The position numbers were made by a program, and so were the translations under genes. Below, piece after piece: positions 1 to 10,578 of a stretch of 64,000 bases of DNA (its first letter is position 1; every line of letters starts with the position of its first letter). The notes beneath the pieces are model-generated. The model searched no databases and was not told the origin of the DNA. It worked only from the letters and a program-made list of their open reading frames with translations. The stretch is from Nitrospirales bacterium. GTDB lineage: Bacteria > Nitrospirota > Nitrospiria > Nitrospirales > UBA8639. The DNA is taken from contig CBDCWC010000001.1 in NCBI GenBank assembly GCA_965223295.1, forward strand, positions 1 to 64,000, written 5' to 3'.

Positions 1-521
1 AAATCTGCAAATTGGTTGATGGCCCTATCAGTGCAGAAGTCGTCAGTATCGAATCCGGGGCCATGCTGAAGGAAGGTCGCGAATTAGCCAAAATTCATAA
101 CAATATCGTCGTCAAAGTTCCGCTCATTCCCGAAGGTCTCAAAGCCACGAAACAATTGGCCAGCGAGGGCATCCGCGTCAACGTCACCCTCTGTTTTTCA
201 CCGACTCAAGCGCTCCTGGCCGCCAAAGCCGGCGCCTGGTGCGTCTCGCCTTTTATCGGCCGGTTAGATGATATTAGTTCAGACGGCATGGAACTCATTG
301 ATCAAATCTTAACCATTTATAAAAATTACTATTTTCCCACCCAAGTGCTGGTAGCTAGTGTACGTCATCCGCAACATGTCGTCGAAGCCGCGCTACTGGG
401 CGGACATATTTGCACCATGCCTTATAGCGTCTTTCAGCAACTGGTGAAACACCCGCTGACCGATATTGGGTTACAAAAGTTTCTTTCTGATTGGGAAGCT
501 CGAAAGGGGTTAAAGAAATAA
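1..521 (+). CDS. tal: Transaldolase / fructose-6-phosphate aldolase (TalC/FsaA type), 5' truncated by the window edge
   Basis: Motifs [15 protein letters not shown] (Schiff-base Lys), [32 protein letters not shown]. The reading frame is open to base 1. Confidence 0.93.
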   Translation, partial: ICKLVDGPISAEVVSIESGAMLKEGRELAKIHNNIVVKVPLIPEGLKATKQLASEGIRVNVTLCFSPTQALLAAKAGAWCVSPFIGRLDDISSDGMELIDQILTIYKNYYFPTQVLVASVRHPQHVVEAALLGGHICTMPYSVFQQLVKHPLTDIGLQKFLSDWEARKGLKK

Positions 522-544
522 CCTAGGCTAAATGTTCGAATACA

Positions 545-1235
545 TCAGACTTTCAATTCTTTACAAGCTTCTTCCCTTTTCGAAAAAACAGCATGAAACA
601 TTGGGCGGGTCAGTTTTCCGTAAACGTATTTTGCTGACTCGGATGATACGAGCCTAAAAGGACAGTCTTCCACGGGAGGATATATTCCGCTCCATGTGAA
701 AATTTTGGGCCGAGGCAAAGGCGGGACGTTTCCCATGACCTGGCAAGTTCGCAGATATTCATCGAATGCAATTTTCCCTAAAGCAATCACAACTCGCACC
801 CGTCGCAACAATCGTAGTTCTTCTTCTACATACGTACGGCAAGTTTCAAATTCTTCTTTAATGGGTTTGTTGCCAGGCGCGCACAGCGCACAGCCGCAGC
901 AACATAACAGTTCTTGAGGGCAAGACCATCTTCTCGATGAATGGATTCAGGTTGATTGGCAAACCCAAAGGCATGTAAGGCTTCATACAACCAATCTCCA
1001 CTCCGGTCTCGCGTAAACACCCGTCCCGTTCGGTTGCCTCCATGGGCTGCAGGCGCTAACCCCAGGACATATAGCTGAGCGTGGGGGTCGCCAAACCAGG
1101 AATAGGACGTCCCCAATACTCCCAATCTTGAAAACGTTTGACCTTTTCTCTTGCCACTTTCCGTCGATAGATCGTCAGGCGCTGGCAGGACGTACATTCC
1201 GATATTGTCTTTTGTAACAATATTAAGGATTTCAT
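545..1235 (-). CDS. Uracil-DNA glycosylase family 5 (UdgB-like), split by several frameshifts
   Basis: Pieces across ORFs 1056..1283, 826..1197, 858..1043 and 545..811 give CTSCQRL...[12 protein letters not shown]...[23 protein letters not shown] and [11 protein letters not shown] at 1235. Confidence 0.85.
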
Positions 1236-1486
1236 AACTGTTATCCTATAGGATTTCTGGCCCTCTCTGGAAGAAACCGGCATTTCTTCCTCACAGATAC
1301 GTGGTTATCTTTATCACTGTCGTAAAGAAGGAAACTGGGGAAACCAGCAATATTTGACAATGTTCCTAAAATTCGGCAGTCTATTAGTTGTAATGGAGGT
1401 TCCCAACCCATTCGCCCCCTCCAGGATAAACGGTAATAGCTCTTCTAGCTCTTCACATGGAAGTAGCGAAACATACGATCTCCCAC

Positions 1487-3879
1487 ATGTCACGTTGGAT
1501 TTCCTCCAGCAATAATCCTGTTGATAGTCCAAGCCTTTCGCCCTTGCCTTCCACACCTGAAAATCAATCATCAACTTTGGCTGTTTAGCCAACAGATTCA
1601 ACAACTTTTTTTCCCTCGCCCCATATGGAGTATTAGGCTCGCTCATCAATGGGGGAATTTTGGCAGCCCTGTTATGGACTGTCGTCCCTCGACTTTCTGT
1701 TGTCTCGTGGCTGATGGGGCTGTCTATCATTAACGGGATTTGGGCCATACTTCTCTATCGATATCATCAAGAAGCCCAATACCCCACCTCACTTGACCAA
1801 TGGGAAAATTGGTTCTTAGCTGGGAACCTTGCTTCAGGCTGCATTTTGGGGGGTCGGTGGGATTTTATTGTATCCTTCCACCTCAATTGGGCATGAAGTC
1901 CTCTTGATCTTTGTCTTGGGAGGAATGGTGGCCGCAGCCACCGCCTTGTATGCCTCCCATTTTTCTGCCTATCTCGCGTTTTCTCTCCCAGCTGCCATAC
2001 CGTTAACCCTGCTCTATTTTTCCCGAGGAGACACGTTGCACATCAGCATGGGCGGGATGGGACTCCCTTTTCGTCATTATTATGACCGTCACAGCGCGAC
2101 GAAACCACATCATGCTACTGAAATCTCTGACCCTTCACGAAGAAAATTCCAACTTGGTGGCAAATCTACTGCAAGCAAGGGATCGCGCTCAAGCACTCAA
2201 TAATTCCCTAAGCAAAGAAATCACCCAAAGAGCTGCCATAGAAGAGAAATTGCGGCGACATCAAGAACAGCTTGAAATATTAGTTGAAGCACGAACGGCT
2301 GCCCTACAAGCATCGGAGTCGCTTTATCGATTTGTGACGGAAAATATTTCTGATGTCATTTGGATGATGGACCTGGACGGCAATCGTATCACCTATGTGA
2401 GCCCCTCGGTGAAACAACTACGGGGGAATTCGGTAGAAGAAGTGATGGACATGTCGTTAGCGGAATGCTTGACCCCATCTTCTTTGGAAAAAGCTCAAGC
2501 TGCAATCACCAAGAATTGGACCGCCTAGCTAAGACTCCTGGGGCAGCAGGTTCCACCTCTACTCCTAGAACTGGAACATCTCTGCAAAGATGGCAGCACG
2601 GTTTGGGCTGAAGTACGTGCAAGTTTGTTGTTCGACAAAGATGGACGTCCTCAAGGATTCGCTGGAGTGACACGGGATATCACGGAACGGCGAAAAATCG
2701 ACCACGAAAAACGTCAACTAGAAGCGCAGCTCTTACGATCACAGAAAATGGATGCCATTGGCACACTCGCTGGAGGAATCGCCCACGATTTCAACAATCT
2801 TCTCACAAGTATTTTAGGAAATATCACGTTGACCGAACATATCATGACCTTGCCCCCTCTGGGTGAAACCTATCTCTCTCGGGCCGAACAAGCCACTTGG
2901 CGAGCTAAAGATCTCACGCAACAATTGCTGGCCTTTGCCAAAGGAGGGGATCCGATTAAACATCTGATTTCACTGAAGGACCTTATCAACGAATCCACCA
3001 GCTTTGCCCTATCAGGGTCTTCGGTCCTTTGTGAACCGCACCTTTCGGCAGATTTGTGGCCTATCGAGGCGGATCCGGGACAGGTTAGTCAAGTCATTCA
3101 CAACATTGTCATTAATGCAGTCCAGGCGATGCCTCAAGGAGGGAAGCTGACGATCCAAGCTGACAACATTTGGATGAGCGAATCTCCTACTCCCTCCCCT
3201 ATCCCTCTTCCTCCGGGTCCCTATGTCAACATCACATTGGCAGATGAAGGCATCGGCATTCCTAAGGAACAAGTGGATAGAATTTTTGATCCTTACTTTT
3301 CGACGAAACCAGAGGGGCAAGGGTTAGGCCTTGCATCAACCTACACCATTGTCAAAAAGCACAATGGACATATCAGTGTTGAATCACGATCCCAATGTTG
3401 GGACGATATTTTCACTCTATTTTCCAGCTTGTTCAACAGGGGCCAAACCTCTGAAACTTGCGGCCGTTCCACTTAAACACGGGCAGGGAACCATCCTTCT
3501 CATGGATGATGAACAACCCATTCGCCACGTGGCTCGGGAAATGCTTTCTCATTGCGGATATCAATGTGTCGTGGCAAAAGACGGCTATGAAACCATTGCG
3601 TTGTTCAAACAAGCTCTCGAGCAACACACCCCTTTTACGGCTGTGATTTTGGACTTGACCATTCCGGGAAGTTTAGGCGGCAAAGAAACCATCCTCCGCC
3701 TCCGCGAACTGGATCCGGAGGTCGTGGCCTTTGTCTCAAGCGGCTATTCAAATGACCCAATCCTGGCAAATTACCACACCTATGGATTTCAAGGAATCAT
3801 TAACAAGCCCTATTCACTCATTGGTCTCAGCGCCATTTTGCATCAAACCCTCAGCGCACGTACCTTATCCGTCTTCTGA
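1487..3879 (+). CDS. Membrane-bound hybrid sensor histidine kinase (TM sensor, PAS, HisKA, HATPase, receiver), split by multiple frameshifts
   Basis: Consecutive ORFs 1660..3879 give TM helices, a PAS domain (ENISDVIW...YVSPSV), H-box AGGIAHDFNNLL, FDPYFSTK/GLGL, and a receiver (LLMDDE, VILDLTIPG, KPY). The start position is approximate. Confidence 0.85.
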
Positions 3880-3992
3880 AGACCCTCTTTCCGATCTAGA
3901 AACTACCGAATTTTCTGATTCAGATATACACTAATATTGCCTGTCCTTCACTGAAATCTTCTGTTCCAGTTCAATTACTCAGTCGTCACGAT

Positions 3993-4145
3993 GGGTCTGT
4001 TGAAAAAAGCCAGCGGCGTTCCCTGCCTTCGCCGGAGCGGTTTCGCGCAGGCAAGCGGACTTTTTTGAACCGACCCGACGCTGTTGATCACCAAGGGCTT
4101 CCTGGCGAAATACGGCCTTTGATATCATCATTATTCAACAGTTCC
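3993..4145 (+). mobile_element. MITE-like element, copy 1 (most degenerate)
   Basis: Ends GGGTCTGTTGAAAAA and TTATTCAACAGTTCC form an imperfect inverted repeat. Flanks ACGAT/ATGAT (5-bp duplication, 1 mismatch). Similar to 40164..40338 and 63198..63387. Confidence 0.7.
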
Positions 4146-5484
4146 ATGATCATTCACGCCCCGCCTAGTCGATCCACACAAATCCTGAAGACGCTCATTC
4201 AGACTGGCTTGGATGCGGCTAGTTCCAGTAGAGGCAATCACATGTGCCATGATCCGAAAAGGTCACCAACTACACGTCAACACCATTCAATACAACCTCG
4301 CCGCCTATCGACGGGTCGTCTGCGTAGGTGCCGGAAAAGCATCAGCTCACATGGCTCGGGCACTGGAACAGGTCCTAGGGCCATTCTTAGAGGGTGGATT
4401 GGTGATTGTGAAAGACGGATACGAAAGAACCACTAAAAAAATAGAGATTGTGGAAGCAGGCCATCCCCTTCCCGATGCTCGCAGCATCTACACGACGAAA
4501 CACCTTCTGAACTGGGTACAATCCCTGAACAGACAAGACTTGCTGATCGTCCTTCTTTCGGGAGGCGCATCCAGCCTGCTCTGTGCTCCTGCTCACGGTC
4601 TGACGTTAGCTGAGAAACGACGCACGACCGACCTGCTCTTACAGTGTGGCGCCAGCATTCAAGAGTTCAACACCGTACGGAAACATCTATCTGCAGTCAA
4701 AGGAGGACAACTTGCCCAGGCTACTTCCGCCAAAATCTTGACCTTGATCCTCTCTGATGTCATTGGTGATGACATGAGTGCTATCGGCTCAGGCCCAACC
4801 GTCCCAGATGCTACGACGTTTCAGGAAGCCAAATCCATTCTGAAGCGTTATCACCTATGGACGAAAATTTCTCCAAATGTGCGGAAACATCTGGATCAAG
4901 GTCTTCTAGGTCGGCTTCCTGAAACTTGGAAACGAAAAAGAAACAACTCTCCGCGTCGACATTCAATCATCCTAGCCAACAACCACACGGCCATAACCGC
5001 GATTGCTCAAGAAGTAAAGCGGTTAGGACTTCACCCGTATATTCTTGGTTCTCCCTTGCTAGGCGAAGCCCATGATCTCGGAGCCATACTTGGAGCTCTG
5101 GCTACAGATATTCGTACGTTCGGTAATCCAGTGCGTCCTCCTGCTTGCCTAATGGCTGGTGGAGAGCCCACCGTCACGATGACAGGAAAAGGGAAGGGTG
5201 GAAGGGCGCAGGAATGTGTCCTAGCAGCAGCACAAGAACTTGCTGGACTCCCCAACGTGATTGTGGCAGGGTTTGGTACAGACGGCTCTGATGGCCCCAC
5301 GGAGGTTGCCGGAGCAATGGTTGATGGAAATACAATCAAACGGGCTAAAAAATTTGGCCTCGAACCCTTCAAGATGCTACGGGCAAATAATAGTTACACC
5401 TTTTTTCAACAAGTCGGCGGCCATATCATCACCGGCCCAACCCGCACCAACGTCAACGACATTTATTTCGCACTGGTATTGTAA
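4146..5484 (+). CDS. Glycerate 2-kinase (GckA/TtuD, MOFRL family), one frameshift near 4225
   Basis: Motifs VGAGKAS, AGHPLPD, LLSGGASSLL, SAVKGGQLA, LSDVIGDD, IGSGPT, GGEPTV, GTDGSDG, TGPTRTNVND. The N-terminus (MIIHAPP...) is in the frame of ORF 4065..4436. Confidence 0.9.
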
Positions 5485-5488
5485 TGAT

Positions 5489-5527
5489 TACTTTCCTCTC
5501 CTTTGTCAGGAGGGGCTAGGGGAGGTA
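5489..5527. repeat. REP-like palindromic element
   Basis: TACTTTCCTCTCCT-TTGTC-AGGAGGGGCTAGGGGAGGTA forms an imperfect hairpin between the glycerate kinase stop and the next start. Only one copy in this window. Confidence 0.45.
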
Positions 5528-5534
5528 GAAGACT

Positions 5535-5915
5535 TTGGACACCGCACAAAAGATGGTCCAAGAATTTCATGAACAATTTGACATTCATATTTCCACTACA
5601 CCATCGATTCCTAATGAAGCCGTAACAACCCTGAGAAATCGGCTCATTCAGGAGGAGTTCGAGGAGTTGCAAGAAGCGATGCAGGGGAAGGACCTACCAG
5701 CCATAGCGAAAGAATTAGCAGACCTTCTCTATGTAGTATATGGTACCGCGGTTTCTCTGGGAATCGATATGGATCCGGTTTTTAAGGAAGTCCATCGCTC
5801 CAACATGAGTAAGATCGGCGGCTACAAACGCGAAGACGGCAAATGGGTAAAACCTCCAACCTATTCCCCCGCATCCCTTGATGCAATCATCCGCACACAA
5901 ATGGAATCATGCTAA
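5535..5915 (+). CDS. MazG-like nucleoside triphosphate pyrophosphohydrolase (PRA-PH-like)
   Basis: LIQEEFEEL...KELADLLYVVYG, EVHRSNMSK and REDGKWVKP pattern. Confidence 0.85.
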   Translation: MDTAQKMVQEFHEQFDIHISTTPSIPNEAVTTLRNRLIQEEFEELQEAMQGKDLPAIAKELADLLYVVYGTAVSLGIDMDPVFKEVHRSNMSKIGGYKREDGKWVKPPTYSPASLDAIIRTQMESC

Positions 5916-6084
5916 ACTATGCTGTAATGAGAAAAATATCCAGGTGTTTTCGATGATTAATCCACAAAATCCTCTTCGTATTGCGGACCTCTTTATAGAG
6001 AAAACCCCATCCTTTCGAAGAGCTTTGATACCGATCAACAACTATTCACGTCGACACCGTCTCCATTTGAAACTCAAGATTCAA

Positions 6085-6128
6085 TTTCATGAAAGAATGA
6101 TTTGCCATTTTCATGAAAGAATGATTTG
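6085..6128. repeat. Tandem 20-bp direct repeat with palindromic core
   Basis: TTTCATGAAAGAATGATTTG at 6085..6104 and 6109..6128. Each begins with the palindrome TTTCATGAAA. Confidence 0.85.
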
Positions 6129-6272
6129 GTGCTGCCACAATACCTCATCCCCTCTGCATTCTTCCTCGTTGAATAGAACATTCGTTTTCTTGTTTTCTCA
6201 AAATCGATGGGTATCTTTTTGGTAGTTGAGCGTTTGGAAAATAAGCGACCTTACTCTAAGGAGGACTAGACG

Positions 6273-6863
6273 ATGCGACGATTGTTGAAGGGACTTTTTC
6301 TCGGATTACTCCTGTTGGCTTTAAGTGGGTGCGGGTATAACGACCTTCAGGGATTAGATGAAGCCACCAACGCCGCGTGGAGCGAAGTGTTGAACCAATA
6401 TCAGCGCCGAGCTGACCTCATTCCCAATCTTGTCGCTACGGTCAAAGGCTATGCTGAGCATGAGCAAGAAACGTTGGAGGGAGTCACGCAGGCCCGTTCG
6501 CAAGTGGCAGGCATCAAGCTGACTCCAGAAGCCCTCAAAGACCCCAGCTTATTTCAAAAATTTCAAGAAGCTCAGCAGGGGCTCACGTCGGCCTTATCTC
6601 GCTTAATGGTTGTCGTGGAAAAATATCCCGATCTGAAAGCCAATGAAAATTTCCGTGACCTCCAAAGTCAACTAGAAGGCACAGAGAATCGCATCACTGT
6701 TGCAAGGAAACGCTATATTGAGACCGTGGCTGAATATAATAAGGGTGTTCGATTCTTCCCCACAAATTTGACTGCTAAATATCTCTTGGGGCTTGAGGTC
6801 AAACCAAATTTCTCCGTTGCGGACGAAAAAGCCATTTCCACCCCTCCTGAGGTGAAGTTCTAA
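6273..6863 (+). CDS. lemA: LemA family lipoprotein
   Basis: Lipobox LSGC, then GYN, YQRRADLIPNLV, YPDLKANENF, QLEGTENRI. RBS AAGGAGG. Confidence 0.95.
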   Translation: MRRLLKGLFLGLLLLALSGCGYNDLQGLDEATNAAWSEVLNQYQRRADLIPNLVATVKGYAEHEQETLEGVTQARSQVAGIKLTPEALKDPSLFQKFQEAQQGLTSALSRLMVVVEKYPDLKANENFRDLQSQLEGTENRITVARKRYIETVAEYNKGVRFFPTNLTAKYLLGLEVKPNFSVADEKAISTPPEVKF

Positions 6864-6868
6864 GTATC

Positions 6869-7798
6869 TTGGAGAAAATTTTCACTATGCCGCCCATGTG
6901 GTTGCCAAGTCGGTGGCTTCACCGGCTGTGGTGGGGGGTCCTGAGCCTCTTACTCCTGATACCACCAGCATGGGCCTTGGACATCCCACCCCTCACCGGT
7001 CGAGTGGTAGACCGTGCCCATGTCCTTTCGCCTTCCACGATTGCTCAGCTCAGTTCAGCCCTTGAGGTACACGAGACTCAAACATCCAATCAAGTAGTCG
7101 TCCTCACCTTACCTTCGTTAGAAGGCCAACCCTTAGAAGAGTTTTCCCATCAAGTGGCCACGGCTTGGGCGCTCGGGAAAAAGGGAACGGACAATGGAGT
7201 CCTGTTCCTGATTGCGATGAAAGAGAAGAAACTTCGTATCGAAGTTGGGTATGGGCTAGAGGGAACGCTGACTGACGCCAAGAGCTCACGCATTATTCGT
7301 CATGAAGTCGTACCTCGTTTTCGGACAGGAGATTTCTCCGGAGGGATTACCGCAGGCACTCAAGCCATTCTCGCAACCATCGAGGGGACATACGTAAACA
7401 CCTCCCCCTCACCTGACATGTCAAGACAGGATCTCGGGACATGGGAGATTTTTGGGTTAGCCGTCGCACTGGGAACGATTTTCGGATTATTTCTAGGATC
7501 CCAACGACGCCTCAATGGAAGTATTATTGGCGGAATAATCGCCTTTGTCTTAGGTCTTCCTGCCACCTTATTAATCGCAGCTTTGGCAGCAGTCGTTGCA
7601 CCGATTCTTGTGAGCCTGCTATCCAATGCAGGGGGTCCTCCTTCTCGCGACCCCTTTGCTCGTGAATCGGGATTAGGTTGGCCCGGTCCCGGAGGCGGTC
7701 ATATCGGTGGATCAGGTGGTTTTGGGGGAGGGTTCGGGGGAGGCTTTGGTGGGGGGGGTGGCGGATTCGGCGGAGGCGGTGCCTCGGGAGGATGGTAA
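6869..7798 (+). CDS. TPM domain protein (YgcG-like) with TM segment and Gly-rich tail
   Basis: GRVVDRA, DNGVLFLIA, RIEVGYGLEGTLTD and the C-terminal GGGFGGGGASGGW. Follows lemA. The start may be ATG 6887. Confidence 0.92.
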   Translation: MEKIFTMPPMWLPSRWLHRLWWGVLSLLLLIPPAWALDIPPLTGRVVDRAHVLSPSTIAQLSSALEVHETQTSNQVVVLTLPSLEGQPLEEFSHQVATAWALGKKGTDNGVLFLIAMKEKKLRIEVGYGLEGTLTDAKSSRIIRHEVVPRFRTGDFSGGITAGTQAILATIEGTYVNTSPSPDMSRQDLGTWEIFGLAVALGTIFGLFLGSQRRLNGSIIGGIIAFVLGLPATLLIAALAAVVAPILVSLLSNAGGPPSRDPFARESGLGWPGPGGGHIGGSGGFGGGFGGGFGGGGGGFGGGGASGGW

Positions 7799-8446
7799 AT
7801 GACGTTTTCTGATCAAGACCAAGCACGTATTCGCCAAGCCGTGACGGAAGCGGAACGACAGACACGCGGGGAAATCGTGCCCATGGTGATTGAACGGTCA
7901 GCTCGTTATAGAGAAGCTCGATATCGCGCGGGAATTGCCTGTGCTTTTATAGTACTCAGTACTCTTTTGACTATCGAATGGGAATGGATGCCGTGGGGAT
8001 GGCATGCCACAAATGCCGGATGGCTTCTCCTCACTGTTGTGGGTGTGTATGGCTTGGGGTATTGGCTGGGAAGCTCTGTGCCGATTGTTCGGCTGCTCAC
8101 ATCTCAGGACCGCATGGCCTACAAAGTCAACGTGCGAGCCCACCAAGCCTTTTTAGAACATGGGCTTCATCGAACAGAACTGGGAACAGGAGTCCTGATT
8201 TTAGTTTCTTTGCTTGAGCACCGCATTGAAGTGTTAACCGATGATCCCATACTCACTCGGGTACCACAGCAGACTTGGGAGGATATGGTGACCCTCATTC
8301 AAGACGGGTTTCAAAAAGGTAAGCCTGTTGAATCTTTGTGTCAGGCCATTGCGACCTGTGGATCTGTGTTAGCTGAGGCATTTCCTGTAGAAAAAGGGGA
8401 GAAAAATCCAAACGAACTTCCCAACGAATTGATTCAAGATACTTAA
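7799..8446 (+). CDS. TPM domain membrane protein (third gene of the lemA module)
   Basis: AERQTRGEIVP, GLHRT..TGVLILVSLLEHRIEV, NPNELPN. Confidence 0.88.
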   Translation: MTFSDQDQARIRQAVTEAERQTRGEIVPMVIERSARYREARYRAGIACAFIVLSTLLTIEWEWMPWGWHATNAGWLLLTVVGVYGLGYWLGSSVPIVRLLTSQDRMAYKVNVRAHQAFLEHGLHRTELGTGVLILVSLLEHRIEVLTDDPILTRVPQQTWEDMVTLIQDGFQKGKPVESLCQAIATCGSVLAEAFPVEKGEKNPNELPNELIQDT

Positions 8447-8458
8447 TTCGTTTACCAA

Positions 8459-9322
8459 TTAATTTTTCTCTTGTGATTTCAGAGGTGCTTTGATCAGCAT
8501 ATTATCGATCAAACGAATATCACCGAGTCGAATGGCTCCCAATAAAACCATCTGCCCCTTCGCCGAAGTGCATGGCTCCAGAGTCTGTGCATCACAAACG
8601 GCAAGATACTCAACCTCGACTCCCTTAGACTTTTGAAGAATTTGGGTCATTTTCTTTCGAATCGTCCGAACCTGCCACGTTCCTGATTTAATCGACTGGA
8701 CACCCTTCCGTAAGGCCGCTGAAAGGCTTGCGGCTTGCTGCCGTTGGCTTGCTGAAAGATAACGATTTCGGGAACTGAACGCGAGACCATCCGATTCCCG
8801 AATCGTAGCACAGCGCACAATCTTGGTATTGATATTCAGATCCTGAACCAACTGTTGAATGACTAACAATTGTTGATAGTCTTTTTGACCAAAATAGACA
8901 TGGGTAGGACGAACGAGATTCAAGAGTTTTGTGACAACTGTCGCGACGCCTTCAAAATGCGTAGGACGTGCTTCCCCTTCCCAACGCCGGCTGAGAAGAC
9001 CAACTTTAACTGAAGTCTGAAAACTACTTGGATAGAACTCTGCACTTGGTGGCGAAAAAATCAGGTCGACTCCAGTCTCTCGACATAACTGTTGATCGCT
9101 GTTGATTGGTCGAGGATAGCGGCTTAAATCTTCGGCCGGGCCGAATTGTAGGGGGTTCACAAAGATGCTCACGATGACCGACGGACATTGTTTGCGTGCC
9201 CGACGGATGAGAGATAGATGTCCCTCATGCAACGCGCCCATTGTAGGCACAAATCCAATTGTTTGCTGAACCTGTTTACGGCGCCAGGCTTGCAGCCCAC
9301 GTATCGACCGAATGATACGCAT
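8459..9322 (-). CDS. panC: Pantoate--beta-alanine ligase
   Basis: GFVPTMGALHEGH, SIFVNPLQF, RPTHFEGV, FGQKDYQQ, RESDGLAFSSRN, RLIDN. Confidence 0.96.
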   Translation of the reverse strand: MRIIRSIRGLQAWRRKQVQQTIGFVPTMGALHEGHLSLIRRARKQCPSVIVSIFVNPLQFGPAEDLSRYPRPINSDQQLCRETGVDLIFSPPSAEFYPSSFQTSVKVGLLSRRWEGEARPTHFEGVATVVTKLLNLVRPTHVYFGQKDYQQLLVIQQLVQDLNINTKIVRCATIRESDGLAFSSRNRYLSASQRQQAASLSAALRKGVQSIKSGTWQVRTIRKKMTQILQKSKGVEVEYLAVCDAQTLEPCTSAKGQMVLLGAIRLGDIRLIDNMLIKAPLKSQEKN

Positions 9323-9327
9323 AGACT

Positions 9328-9885
9328 TTATGAAGAAGGGGGGATTGAACAAGCCGGACGAGCTTGATATTTCGATCCCGACTTGATTGAAAGTTTATTC
9401 ACACGACTGGAATCTTTCAGATTATCAAGAAGTTCCTGCATAGATCGATGCAAGACTGGATGCATATAATCCGAATCCAGCTCCACCAACGGTTCCAGAA
9501 CAAACCGCCGCTGGTGTAGACGCGGGTGAGGAATGGTTAAGCGTGGCTGGTCAATCTGCTGTTGACCAAACAGGAGAATATCAAAATCCATCGTGCGTGG
9601 GCCTTGTCGATTGTCTTTCCCGCGGCCCAGGCTACGTTCCGTTTCTTGTAGGATGTCAAAAAGACGAGTAGGACTTAAAGAGGTATTCAAACGCACAACG
9701 CCATTATAGAACCAGTGTTCCTTATGCTTCCCTTCAGGATCAACTGGTTCCGTTTCATAGTAAGACGACACTCCAGTCACCTGTGACAGAGGCAATAAAT
9801 TCATCAGCGCAATACCCCGATCACAAAACTCCTGGCGATCCCCTAGATTCGAACCGAATCCTATAAAAGTGGTTTCCTGGGACAT
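9328..9885 (-). CDS. folK: 2-amino-4-hydroxy-6-hydroxymethyldihydropteridine diphosphokinase
   Basis: IGFGSNLGD, SSYYETEP, GPRTMDFDILL, IPHPRLHQRRFVLEPL. Confidence 0.95.
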   Translation of the reverse strand: MSQETTFIGFGSNLGDRQEFCDRGIALMNLLPLSQVTGVSSYYETEPVDPEGKHKEHWFYNGVVRLNTSLSPTRLFDILQETERSLGRGKDNRQGPRTMDFDILLFGQQQIDQPRLTIPHPRLHQRRFVLEPLVELDSDYMHPVLHRSMQELLDNLKDSSRVNKLSIKSGSKYQARPACSIPPSS

Positions 9886-10040
9886 CAGAATAGATGGGCC
9901 GAAGTGACTCTGATCGACATATTCACACGAAAATTAAACTGCATCCCTCATAGACCTTGTTAACAAGAAGCTTTTTTTGAAACCGTCCTAGATGATTGTA
10001 GTTGAGGAAAATTAGCCTGTCGAGCTCAGGGAAGGAATGT

Positions 10041-10068
10041 GAGGACAGCCTGGTACTGGACTGTCCTC
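10041..10068 (-). terminator. Stem-loop downstream of the small-gene pair
   Basis: GAGGACAG...CTGTCCTC 8-bp inverted repeat about 20 bp past the stop of 10089..10337. The U-tract is weak. Confidence 0.4.
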
Positions 10069-10088
10069 GTCATAAAATAATGCCTGAT

Positions 10089-10337
10089 TTACCATAAGCT
10101 AGATTTTGCGCGAGACCGCTGCTTCGGCTCAGACGCAGTCCGTCTTATCTGGACAGCCGGTCGAGCAGGACGAATTTCTTGAAACGCTTCATTCCGTTTA
10201 TTGGCCATCGCCGCAGAAATACCTAAATATACTTTTCTGGCAGCTTCAGACCATTTCGGATCAAATGGCGCACCTTTGAATGCGGCTTCCGCACCTTTTT
10301 TTTCATCATGTGTCAGTGGTCGACTGTGTTTCTGCAT
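10089..10337 (-). CDS. Small hypothetical protein
   Basis: 82-aa ORF with RBS GGAGGAG. Its start overlaps the upstream stop (TAATG coupling). Core RPLTHDEKKGAEAAFKGAPFDPKWS. Confidence 0.7.
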   Translation of the reverse strand: MQKHSRPLTHDEKKGAEAAFKGAPFDPKWSEAARKVYLGISAAMANKRNEAFQEIRPARPAVQIRRTASEPKQRSRAKSSLW

Positions 10338-10522
10338 TATGCTCCTCCATTGACGGGTGGGTGAGTATCAATAATTGAATGGACCAGAGGTTGAGGTTCT
10401 TTCTCCGCCTGAAGACGTTTTCCACAATTCAAACAAGCAAAGTACAATATACTCAACCCGACTTCTAAGTCTACGGCTCGCTCCATAACCATTGAGCCTT
10501 GGCATTTTTCACAAATTTTCAT
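10337..10522 (-). CDS. Small zinc-ribbon-like protein
   Basis: CEKC...CLNC pair. RBS AAGGGG before ATG 10522. Confidence 0.7.
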   Translation of the reverse strand: MKICEKCQGSMVMERAVDLEVGLSILYFACLNCGKRLQAEKEPQPLVHSIIDTHPPVNGGA

Positions 10523-10562
10523 GGTGCCCCTTTTTGCAAGTGTTGATTGTCCTTTTGGTTTG

Positions 10563-10578
10563 AGCAAATGGTGTGCCT
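10563..10578 (-). promoter_or_regulatory. Putative sigma-54 promoter
   Basis: Minus strand AGGCACACCATTTGCT has exact GG-N10-GC spacing with GGCAC and TTGC, about 40 bp upstream of ATG 10522. Confidence 0.6.

Noticed and set aside
1314-1748. 144-aa minus-strand ORF and many similar 60-180-aa antisense ORFs
   Set aside because: They are shadows of well-supported genes on the opposite strand, with no motifs or RBS.
7680-7798. G-run-rich tract (G-quadruplex or repeat candidate)
   Set aside because: Explained by the usual Gly-rich tail of TPM proteins.
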